Of a stretch of 64,000 nucleotides of DNA, positions 1-9,982 are shown piece by piece; the first letter of the stretch is position 1, and each line of letters starts with the position of its first letter. Both the position numbers and the translations under genes were made by a program. The DNA comes from Bacteroidia bacterium. Its GTDB lineage: Bacteria > Bacteroidota > Bacteroidia > NS11-12g > UBA9320. The notes below the pieces were generated by a model that saw only the letters and a program-made list of their open reading frames with translations, searched no databases and was not told the origin of the DNA. Location of the stretch: the NCBI GenBank assembly GCA_020053795.1, contig JAGVMN010000004.1:925-64924 (forward strand), read 5' to 3'.

Positions 1-1603
1 TGCTGTCAGGCAGGGTAACGATGGATACCGTATTGACCGCAAACTGTTTTCCATCCACTTTTTCCGATACATTGGTCCACCATTTCTCTCCTTCTTTTTT
101 CCATAAGTGGTGCCAACCGGCATAAATAGTTCCAGGTTCAGAAGGGTCTTCAATCAATGGAAAAAAATACTTGTTCGTTACTTCCGGATTGCCTATTGGC
201 AGCCAATTGGCCCCCTGAGTTTGAGAATTGTGCAAATAACTGTTCTGACTGATCATCCAGTTTTCGCCGGCTTTCCCCCATATCAAACAAGGCCCGCCAT
301 CTCCGTAAATGCGACTGACGTGTGTCCATCGTCCTTTTCTGTATATCATCGAACTCATATCTTGCGTTCCGGCCAGTAATATCCTCTTTTTCCCGGGTTG
401 AACGGCAAGGCTGTAAAACTGGCTGATGGCTAAACCTCTCCCGTTCATGTCTATCCAGGTATTGGCCTTATCTTTGGTCAACGAAATACCCCCATCATTT
501 CCTGTTACGACTGTCCCATCATCCAAAATAATCATTGTTCTGATGTCGTCGTGCATAAAATCCGGACTTCTCCAAACCGGCTGAGAAGAAACTCGAAATG
601 TCTTTCCATGATCGAGGCTCACAAAAGTCCAGACTGAACCAACATAAATAATGTTTGAGTCTCGGGGGTCAACACATATTTCGGCATGATACTGATCGAG
701 CCGCCCGAATATCGTGTTACTTGAAATGGGGTGCCAGGTTTTTCCCCGGTCTCTTGAAAGTCTGACATAGTTAGTACTCTGTAGTTGATAGATGGCATAA
801 AGATAATCCGGATTTTGAGGAGATACCGCAATGGCAATCCGGTTGATATCCTGTTGTATTTCGCCCGAGCCATCGCCAGAAATCAGGGATTCGTTTACCC
901 GTTTCCAACTGTGGCCGGCATCGTATGAAATCATGAGATAATTGCCCGATGCATAGATTACCTGATCATCCAATGGATGAAACAACAATTGTTTGAAATT
1001 GAATTTATCTGAATGCAAGGCCCTTTCCCATGTTCTGCCTGTGTCCCAACTCATCCATATTTTTTGCTCGCTAAGAGCCGCCCAAATATTTTTTTTCTTT
1101 TGGGCCCTTTTGGCTTTTACTAAAACTTCTTTTTCGCGGGGTTCAAAATTCAATCGTGTTTTTGTCCAGCTGCGTCCACCGTTTTTACTTTGGAGTAACC
1201 CATAGCCAAAATGGTTGTCCAGTAAGGTATTTCCTGTTGCAATTAGAATATCGTCTAAATTTTCAGGATTTACATCTATGTCGTTAACCCCAACAACAAA
1301 GTCACCTAATGGTAAATGCTTCCATGTTCTTCCCCAATTATCAGACCGAAAAAATCCACCCGAATTGCTTCCGGCATATATTCTTTCAGATCCGGCTTTC
1401 ATGAATAGATTTTCGATTCTACCCACTCCTGTTGCCGTTAAATTACCACTATCTACGTCCGGCACGGGTGTAGTAAAAGGTCCGAGTTGTTTCCATCTCA
1501 AATTGATGACAGATTGGCCAAATAAAAAAGCAGGAATAACCGAAAGCAATAAGATAAATGCCGCTTCATGAAAGGCCTTTCCGATGGTTCTTTCCATTTC
1601 CAT
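1..1603 (-). CDS. Secreted BNR/Asp-box repeat (VPS10/sortilin-like) beta-propeller protein, truncated by the window edge
   Basis: Not in the ORF track because it has no stop in the window. Manual translation from ATG 1603 gives MEMERTIGKAFHEAAFILLLSVIPAFLFGQ...WKQLGP...GVGRI...GGFFRSDNWGRTW...SYDAGHSW...SRDRGKTW...GNDGGISLTKDKANTW...AGTQD, with repeated SxDxGxTW motifs. The frame was open in the segments checked. Confidence 0.85.
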   Translation of the reverse strand, partial: MEMERTIGKAFHEAAFILLLSVIPAFLFGQSVINLRWKQLGPFTTPVPDVDSGNLTATGVGRIENLFMKAGSERIYAGSNSGGFFRSDNWGRTWKHLPLGDFVVGVNDIDVNPENLDDILIATGNTLLDNHFGYGLLQSKNGGRSWTKTRLNFEPREKEVLVKAKRAQKKKNIWAALSEQKIWMSWDTGRTWERALHSDKFNFKQLLFHPLDDQVIYASGNYLMISYDAGHSWKRVNESLISGDGSGEIQQDINRIAIAVSPQNPDYLYAIYQLQSTNYVRLSRDRGKTWHPISSNTIFGRLDQYHAEICVDPRDSNIIYVGSVWTFVSLDHGKTFRVSSQPVWRSPDFMHDDIRTMIILDDGTVVTGNDGGISLTKDKANTWIDMNGRGLAISQFYSLAVQPGKKRILLAGTQDMSSMIYRKGRWTHVSRIYGDGGPCLIWGKAGENWMISQNSYLHNSQTQGANWLPIGNPEVTNKYFFPLIEDPSEPGTIYAGWHHLWKKEGEKWWTNVSEKVDGKQFAVNTVSIVTLPDS

Positions 1604-1687
1604 TGAATTGTTCAAAAAAAATCAGTTTTAAGAAACCAAATATATGCAATTACCATGATTTCTCTATACTAAGAAATTTAATCGGCC

Positions 1688-2527
1688 TTAAGGTTTCACA
1701 CCCCTGATCATCCTATGTTTGCCCTGCATATCCATTCGGGCTTCCAAAGATGTGAATCCCATTCCTTCAAGAAGTTTCAATGTAGGTTGGCAGAAGTCTT
1801 CATGAATCTCGAAATACAATCTAACACCATGTTTTCCATTGTTCATAGTTTCTTGGCCTATTGCCTTGTAGAAAATCAGGGGATCATCGGACGGCACAAA
1901 CAATGCAAGGTGAGGCTCATAATTTTTTACATTATTTGGTATGGTGTCTTTCCGGCTGTGCGGTATATAAGGTGGATTACTCACTATTATGGTCTCTTCG
2001 CCATTCACAAAACCACCCTCAAAAACATTGTGTTGCACCCAATTTATTTTGTATTCGAAATGAAGAATTTCCTCATTTCTCTTTGCCACAGTAAGTGCCG
2101 GTTTAGAAATGTCTAAACCTGTGATTCTACTGTTTCTCCGATTCGAAAAGATGGCAATGGCTATACATCCGCTTCCGCAACAGATATCGGAAATAACCTC
2201 TGTGTCACAGGTCTCGTCAAGTATCCATTTTACCAATTGTTCGGTTTCCGGGCGTGGAATCAAAACGCATTCATTTACATTCAATTCTAAACCATAAAAC
2301 CACGACTTGCCCAAAATATATTGAACAGGTTCGTGCAGTTTAAGCCGCTTCATCGCAACCATAAGAGCTTCAAATTTCACTGCCTCATCCATTCTTAACA
2401 CCTGTTGCGTTCTGTTCATTTTTAGATAGTATTGAACCAAGTGGGTGAAAATTGCTTCGATTTCATTATCCGGATAAATCGCCCCAAGTTCTTCTTTGTA
2501 TAGATTTTTGACGGTTCTTAATTTCAT
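1688..2527 (-). CDS. prmC: Release factor glutamine methyltransferase PrmC/HemK
   Basis: EPVQYILG, LIPRPETE, DICCGSGCIA and SNPPY motifs. The likely start is MKLRTV at 2527; the ORF-track start 2569 overlaps ribD. Confidence 0.95.
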   Translation of the reverse strand: MKLRTVKNLYKEELGAIYPDNEIEAIFTHLVQYYLKMNRTQQVLRMDEAVKFEALMVAMKRLKLHEPVQYILGKSWFYGLELNVNECVLIPRPETEQLVKWILDETCDTEVISDICCGSGCIAIAIFSNRRNSRITGLDISKPALTVAKRNEEILHFEYKINWVQHNVFEGGFVNGEETIIVSNPPYIPHSRKDTIPNNVKNYEPHLALFVPSDDPLIFYKAIGQETMNNGKHGVRLYFEIHEDFCQPTLKLLEGMGFTSLEARMDMQGKHRMIRGVKP

Positions 2528-2562
2528 AAATGCCGACTCCAAAAATAATGTATTTTTGAACC

Positions 2563-3633
2563 ATGCCAAACGCTAATCTCCTTATGCTAAGATGTATGAA
2601 TCTTTCTAAGAATGGATATGGTCTTGTGGCACCTAATCCAATGGTGGGAGCAGTCATATTTCATAAAGAGACCAACAAAATTATTGGCGAAGGGTACCAT
2701 AAATATTATGGCGGAATGCATGCGGAGAAGGAGGCCATAGCAAATGTCAGCGATAAATCCCTGCTGAAGGACTGCACGATGTTTGTCAACCTTGAACCTT
2801 GTACACATCATGGCAAAACACCGCCTTGTACAGACCTGATCATTGAGAGCAACATTAGAAGAATAGTTGTGGCCGCATTAGACCCAAATCCATTAGTGAG
2901 CGGTAAGGGCATTAAAAAGTTAAAAGCAGCCGGGATAAAGGTTGAGGTTGGACTTCTCGAGAAAGAAGCCCGCTATCTAAACCGGTCATTTTACATTTTC
3001 CATCAGGAACAACGTCCTTATTATATTCTGAAATGGGCACAGTCACTTAACGGGAAAATGGGGAAAACAGAATATGAACCCCGGGAAAACAAAAGTGTCA
3101 GCGGAATTTTATCCTGGAAATTGTCGCACAAATGGCGTACTGAAAATCAGGCCATTTTAGTTGGCGTACAAACGGTCATAACTGATAATCCGAGCCTCAA
3201 CGCCAGACTTCACCCCGGCAACAATCCCGTCATTTTGGTACTTGACCCCAATCTTAGAACTCCTGAGAGGGCAAATATTTTCGCTACCGGCTCAAAAGTC
3301 GTTATCTTTAACAAGACAAGAGATGAAACAATAGGCAACATCTTCTACAAAAAAATATCATTTGACGATAATTGGACGAAACACCTGAGTCAGTCGCTTT
3401 TCGAAATGAACATTCAAAGTGTTTTGGTAGAAGGCGGCCCTATAACTTTGAATAAGTTTATTGAAAAAGGGCTTTGGGACGAGGCAAGAATTTTTCAATC
3501 GGATTTGTTTTTAGATTGGGATTTGGAAGCTCCACACATTCCAGGCAAATTATTGAGACAAGAAAGAATTGGAAGCGACTTGTACATTCAAACCTACCCT
3601 AATCATGAGCATTCCTACTTTGAGAGCAAATAA
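2563..3633 (+). CDS. ribD: Bifunctional riboflavin deaminase/reductase RibD
   Basis: PNPMVGAV, HAE, LEPCTHHGKTPPC, DNPSLNAR and VLVEGG motifs. Confidence 0.97.
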   Translation: MPNANLLMLRCMNLSKNGYGLVAPNPMVGAVIFHKETNKIIGEGYHKYYGGMHAEKEAIANVSDKSLLKDCTMFVNLEPCTHHGKTPPCTDLIIESNIRRIVVAALDPNPLVSGKGIKKLKAAGIKVEVGLLEKEARYLNRSFYIFHQEQRPYYILKWAQSLNGKMGKTEYEPRENKSVSGILSWKLSHKWRTENQAILVGVQTVITDNPSLNARLHPGNNPVILVLDPNLRTPERANIFATGSKVVIFNKTRDETIGNIFYKKISFDDNWTKHLSQSLFEMNIQSVLVEGGPITLNKFIEKGLWDEARIFQSDLFLDWDLEAPHIPGKLLRQERIGSDLYIQTYPNHEHSYFESK

Positions 3634-3708
3634 CCATAAACAATTACCGGGCAGGCATCGGACAAATTAGCATCGGATACATTTCATTGAATAACCAAGT
3701 ACTTCACT

Positions 3709-4317
3709 TTGGCTGAAAAATATAAGACAATTGCGGCACAAACTGCTTCTGAATGCAGAGAACGAAACAGCAGGTTTCTCGGATTTGCCTATCCTGTCTG
3801 TGAAGAAGGACAGATTAAATCAATCATTCATGATCTAAAATCAAAATATCCTGACGCTACTCACGACTGTTTTGCATGGGTGTTGGGCAGCGAGGCTTCA
3901 AAATATAGAACATTTGATGATGGTGAACCATTGAATTCAGCCGGAAAACCCATTTTACGGCAGATTCATTCACTGGGATTGACAAACGTTTTAGTGGTGG
4001 TTGTCAGATATTTTGGGGGCAAGAAACTCGGAATCCCCGGATTGATTCAAAATTATGGGTTAGCGGCCAAAATGGCATTAGAACAAGCCGTGATCATTGA
4101 AAAACAGGTAAAACAAATATTCTCGATTTATTCAAATAAAGAAGAATCCCATAAAGTTTATGAACTTGCACGCCGCCTGGGTGTTGAGATAGTAAGCAAA
4201 GATTCAAACGGAAATATGACTTTTGAAATGAAAGTTGATATTGAAATGTTGGATCAGTTTGTGCACCTTTGTTCAAAATATCCTAATTTAGTGGTCGAAT
4301 ACCAAAGAACGGAATGA
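3709..4317 (+). CDS. yigZ: IMPACT/YigZ family protein
   Basis: SRFLG, ATHDCFAW, DDGEP..SAGKPIL and VVVRYFGGKKLG motifs. Confidence 0.92.
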   Translation: MAEKYKTIAAQTASECRERNSRFLGFAYPVCEEGQIKSIIHDLKSKYPDATHDCFAWVLGSEASKYRTFDDGEPLNSAGKPILRQIHSLGLTNVLVVVVRYFGGKKLGIPGLIQNYGLAAKMALEQAVIIEKQVKQIFSIYSNKEESHKVYELARRLGVEIVSKDSNGNMTFEMKVDIEMLDQFVHLCSKYPNLVVEYQRTE

Positions 4318-6050
4318 AAAACCTATTGGCAATATTGATTTTGTGGTTGAACTGCAATCCGTCTGGACTTGGTCAGAATTTTGAACGACCCATCAATATT
4401 CCTGAAAAGGGCTACACAGCTGAGATGTGTTTCGAAACTGCCACGCTCAAGGATTTGGATGCCATCAAAAACTTCATTATTTCAAAAAATGATTTTCTTG
4501 AAAATCCTGCCCATAAGATTATTTTGACAGATACCAAAGTAAGTCCGATAGGAAAGCATTATATTTTTAATCACTTTGTCAACGGCATTCCGGTTAACAA
4601 CTCTTCAGTCAGAATTTGTGTAGGCCCCCAAAATAATTTGGTAGCAGCCAGTTTCAATCTGATACCTGTAGATGCCAATAAATACTTAACTGCCCCTCAG
4701 GGTAACGTTATATTTTATCATCATGGAATCACTGCTTTGGCCCATAGAAGGGAATTTAGAAGAGGCCTTGGACATTATGAGAGTTTTATTTCGCTTGAAG
4801 GTGACACCCTTTTGATGCAGGACCGCAAATTGCATTTATACAATAAAGATACCATCGCAAAGGCCAAGGTATTTTTACCAAACCCGCTTCAGTCGGCAAA
4901 ATTGAGTTACGGAATTCCTTATGTTGACAGTGGCGATATTGATGTTCAGGTTCTTAGAGAAGAGTTAAAGGAAGTAATGATTCCCGCAAGATTCCAAAAT
5001 GACACTTTCTTTTTGGGCACTTCACTGTATTCTAATGGCGAAGTTTACAACCCGAAAACAATACCTGCCTTTTCTTTGAATGATACTTTTTATTTCAACA
5101 GAAGTCAGAATATGTTTGAAGATGTAAATGCATTTTATCATGTATATTCAATGAGTGAGTATATCAGAACATTGGGCTTTTCAGATTTACTTGATACTTT
5201 AGTGATAGATGCCCATGCCGGAGAGACCGACAATTCGGCCTTCGATCCCTTTGCAACCCCTCGTACATTGGAGTTTGGACTTGGCTGTGTTGATGATGCC
5301 GAAGACGGGCAAGTAGTGGTACATGAATTTGCCCATAGCTTTTCGAATGCCGCTTCAGAAAAGACAGTTGAGGGGTCACAAAGAGAGTCAATGGAAGAAG
5401 GCACTGCCGATTATTTTTCCGTATCTTACAGTCGCCAATTTACTGATTTTAACTGGGATCGTATATTTTCATGGGACGGGCACAACGAATGTTGGGAGGG
5501 ATTTTCGGCCAAATCAAAAAAACGATACCCTGAAAATATTAAGAATATTCCGAATAACGATAGGGAGATTTGGTCAACCGCACTCATGTGTATTTATGAA
5601 CAACTTGGCAAGGCTGTAACAGACAGTTTGGTGCTGATCAATTTATATTTGCAGGCCCCCAATACTACTATGCCCCAGATGGCTCTGGTCATGTTGAAAG
5701 TGGATACGGTTATGTGGAATGCGGATCATGCCGGTTTGATTTATAATTGCTTTGTTGAACGCGGCATTTTAGCTTTTGGAAACAGTGTCGACAATAAAAT
5801 CAAAGAAGAACTTTTTAGTATTCTTAATTCAGGAGCCTTCGCCTCGGGGACCGATGCTATGCAAATAAAAACTAATTCTGAAAACGTTTTTTCTACGGCT
5901 GTTTATTCTGTCTCTGGACAATTGATTCAACGCTTTGATAACATCAAAAATACCATCAGCATTTCACCCGAATATTTCAGTTCCGGTGTTTACATTCTGG
6001 AGTTGCGGCAAAACGGCAAAAACTATCATTATAAATTCAGCAAATGGTAA
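4314..6050 (+). CDS. M36/M4-like zinc metallopeptidase with T9SS type A C-terminal domain
   Basis: Signal peptide, propeptide-like N region, DAEDGQVVVHEFAH and EEGTADY zinc motifs, C-terminal ...SSGVYILEL...YKFSK sorting domain. Confidence 0.85.
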   Translation: MKNLLAILILWLNCNPSGLGQNFERPINIPEKGYTAEMCFETATLKDLDAIKNFIISKNDFLENPAHKIILTDTKVSPIGKHYIFNHFVNGIPVNNSSVRICVGPQNNLVAASFNLIPVDANKYLTAPQGNVIFYHHGITALAHRREFRRGLGHYESFISLEGDTLLMQDRKLHLYNKDTIAKAKVFLPNPLQSAKLSYGIPYVDSGDIDVQVLREELKEVMIPARFQNDTFFLGTSLYSNGEVYNPKTIPAFSLNDTFYFNRSQNMFEDVNAFYHVYSMSEYIRTLGFSDLLDTLVIDAHAGETDNSAFDPFATPRTLEFGLGCVDDAEDGQVVVHEFAHSFSNAASEKTVEGSQRESMEEGTADYFSVSYSRQFTDFNWDRIFSWDGHNECWEGFSAKSKKRYPENIKNIPNNDREIWSTALMCIYEQLGKAVTDSLVLINLYLQAPNTTMPQMALVMLKVDTVMWNADHAGLIYNCFVERGILAFGNSVDNKIKEELFSILNSGAFASGTDAMQIKTNSENVFSTAVYSVSGQLIQRFDNIKNTISISPEYFSSGVYILELRQNGKNYHYKFSKW

Positions 6051-6304
6051 GTACTTCCATCCATTGGGAGGAAAAGGACAATCAACTGATAAAGACTTTT
6101 GTATTCAAGAATTTTACCGAAGCCATAAATTTCATACAACTGGCCTCTTTTAAAATTGAAAAAATCAATCATCACCCGGAATGGACGAATATCTATAACA
6201 AGGTGATTGTAAAGATTTGCACCCACAGTGCCGGAAATACAATCACCTCCAAAGACCGTGAACTGGCCATAACATTGGACAAGCTGGCAAAAAATTGCAT
6301 CTGA
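6044..6304 (+). CDS. phhB: Pterin-4-alpha-carbinolamine dehydratase
   Basis: F.FKNF.EA..F, HHPEW...YNKV and THSAG..IT.KD..LA motifs. Confidence 0.93.
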   Translation: MVSTSIHWEEKDNQLIKTFVFKNFTEAINFIQLASFKIEKINHHPEWTNIYNKVIVKICTHSAGNTITSKDRELAITLDKLAKNCI

Positions 6305-6387
6305 ATTCTTCTCTTCGGAACTCCAACAATACCTTAAACGGTTAGGCGATTTTTAGCTTTGTAAATTATTTACATTACGCAAAAATA

Positions 6388-7176
6388 GTGAGCAAAGCAT
6401 TAGGTAACAATCCCGGAAGGGACTGGGAGATATTTTATAAAGAGAACGAGTTGAACTGGGAGAATAAGGAGTACTATACAGAAAAATACATGCATTCATT
6501 TTTGAAAAGTGAATGGATGCACAGCCTTATTGCTCATTTGAAGCCAGGACAAAAGGTGTTGGAAGCCGGCTGCGGTACCGGTCTTTTTTCAATAGCCCTG
6601 GCCTACGCGGGATATGAAGTGACAGCTATTGACTATAACGAAGCGGCAATTGAATTGTCACAAAACAACTTAGATTTATTCAACAGCCAATCCGAAAAAA
6701 AACTGAAAATTGATTTTAGCCAGGGTGATTTATTAAATCTTGAATTTCAAAACAACACATTTAACATGGTTTTTAATCAGGCTGTGTTGGAATACTTCAC
6801 CGATGACGACAACTTCGACAAGGCGATATCAGAAATGCATAGAGTTACTGTCGCTGGAGGTACGGTTGTCGCTATCGTTCAAAATACGCGTAATCCCATA
6901 CGCCCACTATGGAACTTAATGGGGCTCCAATTTTACATTAATCAGCCCAATGTAAGACTGATTCACCGACAGGTGCTGCAAAAGTATTTTTCAAGGTACT
7001 TCAAAATAGTATCAATTGATGGACTTCTTCCCTGGAAAGCAGTTTTTATGGCACCAAAGAAATTCCATAAAGTAACCTATTACTTAAATAGATTTTTTGA
7101 GAAATTTGTTCCGCAGCCAAAAGTACTTCGATCTAAAATTGGCATTCAGTTGGTGGTTGTCGGATTGAAGGGTTAA
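6388..7176 (+). CDS. Class I SAM-dependent methyltransferase
   Basis: VLEAGCGTG motif I, AIDY, GD, and EMHRV..AGG. Confidence 0.85.
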   Translation: MSKALGNNPGRDWEIFYKENELNWENKEYYTEKYMHSFLKSEWMHSLIAHLKPGQKVLEAGCGTGLFSIALAYAGYEVTAIDYNEAAIELSQNNLDLFNSQSEKKLKIDFSQGDLLNLEFQNNTFNMVFNQAVLEYFTDDDNFDKAISEMHRVTVAGGTVVAIVQNTRNPIRPLWNLMGLQFYINQPNVRLIHRQVLQKYFSRYFKIVSIDGLLPWKAVFMAPKKFHKVTYYLNRFFEKFVPQPKVLRSKIGIQLVVVGLKG

Positions 7177-7468
7177 GGTTGATATGGTTCTTGATAAGTT
7201 AAGGTGCGAATTTTCGTTTTTGGATGCCTGAAAAAATATTGGGTGTTCAGCCAGAGAATCGGGCTACGCCATTACATTGTGTTTACTTTTCAAACATGTC
7301 CACTTTGTTGTATCGGGTAAATTCTCCGACCATTTATTCCCCATTCATGTATTCTGTACATTCAAAATACCGTTTTTTTCGCATCCATTAACAATTGGAC
7401 ACATTCAGATGATTGCCTTTTGCCAAAAGAATTCATCAATAACCAATACTGAATAAATTCTGCTACAG

Positions 7469-7819
7469 TCACCTTTGTTTTCTTGTTTTGAACTGATTTA
7501 ATTCCACAATTCTGAAGCTTAATTGTTGCGATATGGGGTGATTGAGAGGAATTTGAAGGTCCCCTTTCTTGTTTTGTAATTGGGGAAAGCTTCATTGAAC
7601 TCCTCAACTCCAACAGGATAAATACCGATATGTTTCTTGTAACCCGCAAAGTATATCGGGTAAGTCCCTTTGAGCGTAAAGGTGGGAATATCGTAACTGA
7701 TTTTTTCTTCAGCACTTGGAGCAGCCTTCTTTATGGTTACTCTTATTTGTTCTGGTCTGCGTTTCTTTTGGAAACCCAGCGATGTATTCATCAATATCTT
7801 TGGCCGGAGTGGTCTTCAT
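7469..7819 (-). pseudogene. Frameshifted DUF1801/YdhG-like (iron chaperone family) gene
   Basis: ATG 7819 gives MKTTPAKDIDEYIAGFPKETQ / frameshift / EQIRVTIKKAAPSAEEKISYDIPTF...YFAGYKKHIGIYP / frameshift / LQIPLNHPISQQLSFRIVE...*. It carries a 5-nt deletion relative to the second copy at 9716-9825. Confidence 0.75.
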
Positions 7820-7831
7820 AAGGAAAAAATA
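7727..7831. repeat. Imperfect ~105-110 bp direct repeat, copy 1 (5' part of the DUF1801 gene)
   Basis: Aligns by eye with 9716-9825, e.g. gtattcatcaa(t/g)atctttggccggagtggtctt(c/t)ataagg(a/c)aaaaata. Confidence 0.9.
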
Positions 7832-7944
7832 GTGATCAATGGAAAAGTAAATTGCTTTTCAACAGGCATTCCTTACAAACCACAAATAGAACTGTCCTCA
7901 GTTTTGACTGATAAGCGTACCTTATTTTTTCAATTGTGGACTTT

Positions 7945-8466
7945 TTATTTCTTTCGCTCCATTCTTAATCCTCGTTCCATTAGGAAATCATTTATGTCAA
8001 TGCATTTTACACCATTCTTAATAGCAACAGCAGGAATTTTGTTGTGTTTCGCTTTGTTCTCATTGGTTATCAGAACAGAGTTATGAACCTTACAATATCC
8101 GATTAGGTAAGGGTCAGCTTCTTCTTTTCCTTCCGCTTGCTTCTTCGCATCAAAAAATCCCGTACTGAATTCTTCATTTACAATTGGAATTGCAGCATTG
8201 ATACTTGCTCCGTCAGTTTTTACTACAAAATGTTTTTTCCATTTCTTAACCCAGTTTTTTAAAAAATCTTGTTTGCCTTCATAACTGTTTATTTCATCTT
8301 CAACAAAATCTATTGTTCTGAAAGTGCCTTGTGCGATCAAGTCTTCAATTTCATCCCAAATTGCTTTGAACACAGGGTTGTCATACTTGAACAAATATTC
8401 AAGATTGATTAGGCCGTTCGTGTCAATGACATAAATTGTCTGTCCAGGGGTGAAATCTAATTGCAT
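7945..8466 (-). CDS. DUF4411 family PIN-domain protein (putative toxin/nuclease)
   Basis: YVIDTN, V.DEI, EEADPYLIG and LITNE...KIPAV motifs, i.e. the acidic PIN active-site pattern. Confidence 0.85.
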   Translation of the reverse strand: MQLDFTPGQTIYVIDTNGLINLEYLFKYDNPVFKAIWDEIEDLIAQGTFRTIDFVEDEINSYEGKQDFLKNWVKKWKKHFVVKTDGASINAAIPIVNEEFSTGFFDAKKQAEGKEEADPYLIGYCKVHNSVLITNENKAKHNKIPAVAIKNGVKCIDINDFLMERGLRMERKK

Positions 8467-8468
8467 TA

Positions 8469-9617
8469 TCAGCCATTCAGTAGTTGACGGGTTTTCGAAA
8501 TGTAAGACAACTTAATACCTATAAAATCAGAGAGGTCTTTTAAATCAATTCTGTTTTGGTCAAAAGCCGAAAACGCTAGTGAGATATAGGTCCTGCCTTT
8601 TTCTTGAATGGCTTCTTTAGCAAGGTTTCTTCCTTCGGGAGTTTTGCTTCTCCCAAATGATGGTTTATTCCACACCTGATGTTTCTCATTGTAAAATGCC
8701 GCTGTGGTTAGCTTGTTTTCAAGCAAACTTCTGAGAATAGCTAAAGGCCCTGCATGAAAATAATTTCCAAGAGTAGTCAAATCTTTTAATCGCCAAATTT
8801 TATTACCTGCCAGTTTTTGTTCTTGCACAATATTCATTTGCAGGATTTCAGCAGAAGGAATTATTACTTCTGCTGAAAAAGCATTGCACCATTTTTCAAT
8901 TTCAATAGTTGATTTCTCCGATAAGTCGCACAAACCGCCTTCGTTCAAAATGATGTGTCCTAACTCATGAAACAGAGTAAATATTTTTGCTGTTGCAGGT
9001 TCACCACCTCTTTTGATACCGATAATTGGAATTGCTTCATCGGTCAAAGAAAATCCTCTCAACCTATCTTGCGTCAAACCCAACTGGAATACTGCAACGC
9101 CAAGCGATTCAACTTTTTCAATGTATGCTTCCAAAGCATGATTGATGTTCTTTATTTCTCTTAACTCGTCAAGATTTAAAAACTGGCGAAGTCTAATTGC
9201 AACCAATTGCGGTTGGTCTTTTATAGAAGCAAAAAAGCTGAACTTAGGAATTTCAATTCCAAATTCCTGTTTCAATTCAAAGAATGATTGTGATAAAGCA
9301 CGGGCTTTGCGAATTGCCATGATTGACTTTTCGTGAAAGTTGCCAAGGTCTTTTGAATCAATTGTTCGTCTGTCTTTCGATAATGGTTTTTCCTTTGGTG
9401 GTTCTTTCAGAAGGAGCGTTGCAATGGTTCGTTTGTATGCTTTTGAAAACTCCTTCAACTCGTCTAAGGTGATTGGCTTTTCGCCGTCTTCCAACTGTGC
9501 CATTCTTTTGACTGATACTCCTGTTTTTTCTGCTGCCTGGTTTCGGTTTATGGCAAGCGATTCCCTTGCCCAAACAAGAACTTTGTGATTAACTTCTATG
9601 TGAATATTGTCGGACAT
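8469..9617 (-). CDS. XRE-HTH plus ImmA/IrrE (DUF955) zinc metallopeptidase
   Basis: N-terminal VN..VLVWARES HTH region, then FTLFHELGH and EKWCNAFSAE. The likely start is MSDNIH at 9617. Confidence 0.9.
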   Translation of the reverse strand: MSDNIHIEVNHKVLVWARESLAINRNQAAEKTGVSVKRMAQLEDGEKPITLDELKEFSKAYKRTIATLLLKEPPKEKPLSKDRRTIDSKDLGNFHEKSIMAIRKARALSQSFFELKQEFGIEIPKFSFFASIKDQPQLVAIRLRQFLNLDELREIKNINHALEAYIEKVESLGVAVFQLGLTQDRLRGFSLTDEAIPIIGIKRGGEPATAKIFTLFHELGHIILNEGGLCDLSEKSTIEIEKWCNAFSAEVIIPSAEILQMNIVQEQKLAGNKIWRLKDLTTLGNYFHAGPLAILRSLLENKLTTAAFYNEKHQVWNKPSFGRSKTPEGRNLAKEAIQEKGRTYISLAFSAFDQNRIDLKDLSDFIGIKLSYISKTRQLLNG

Positions 9618-9715
9618 ATTTCTGTTCAAAGTTAGAAATATTTTCAAGTGTTTTCTATTCTTCAGTCACCAAAGTAATTTTCTCCTCACTCATGGCATAT
9701 TCCCATAGTTCAACT

Positions 9716-9825
9716 TTCTTTATTGTCGCTCTTATTTGTTCCAGTATAGTCTGGGTTTCTCTTGGAAACCCTGCTGTGTATTCATCAAGATCTTTGGCCG
9801 GAGTGGTCTTTATAAGGCAAAAATA
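9716..9825. repeat. Imperfect direct repeat, copy 2: truncated 5' fragment of the DUF1801 gene
   Basis: The minus strand encodes IKTTPAKDLDEYTAGFPRETQTILEQIRATIKK. The ATG is replaced by ATA and homology stops after KK. Confidence 0.85.
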
Positions 9826-9921
9826 CAATTCCTTAATTGCCAAGAAAGATTTGCATATTTGGAATTCAGATTAATACTTGACAAGTGAAAAACACCTGAA
9901 ACCTATAAAATTTTAAAACAC

Positions 9922-9957
9922 AAAAACCCCACCACCAACAAACAGGCAGCAGGGTTT
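9922..9957 (-). terminator. Intrinsic terminator after the vWA gene
   Basis: Minus-strand stem AACCCTGCTGCC...GGTGGTGGGGTT with G-U pairs, followed by a T-rich tail. Confidence 0.6.
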
Positions 9958-9982
9958 GTAAACCAACTTGAAAAACCCGAAT

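Noticed and set aside
107-1571. Short ORFs 107-379, 619-873, 993-1205 and 1215-1571
   Set aside because: They are antisense or out-of-frame shadows of the long minus-strand BNR-repeat gene that runs off the window edge.
6044-6304. phhB without an adjacent phhA
   Set aside because: Orphan pterin dehydratases are widespread.
7362-8086. ORFs 7362-7715, 7630-7821 and 7733-8086
   Set aside because: They are alternative frames over the DUF1801 pseudogene and the DUF4411 gene, with no protein-like motifs.
9655-9843. 62-aa ORF as an independent gene
   Set aside because: Its middle is the truncated DUF1801 fragment and the flanks look non-coding, so it is treated as a repeat or remnant.
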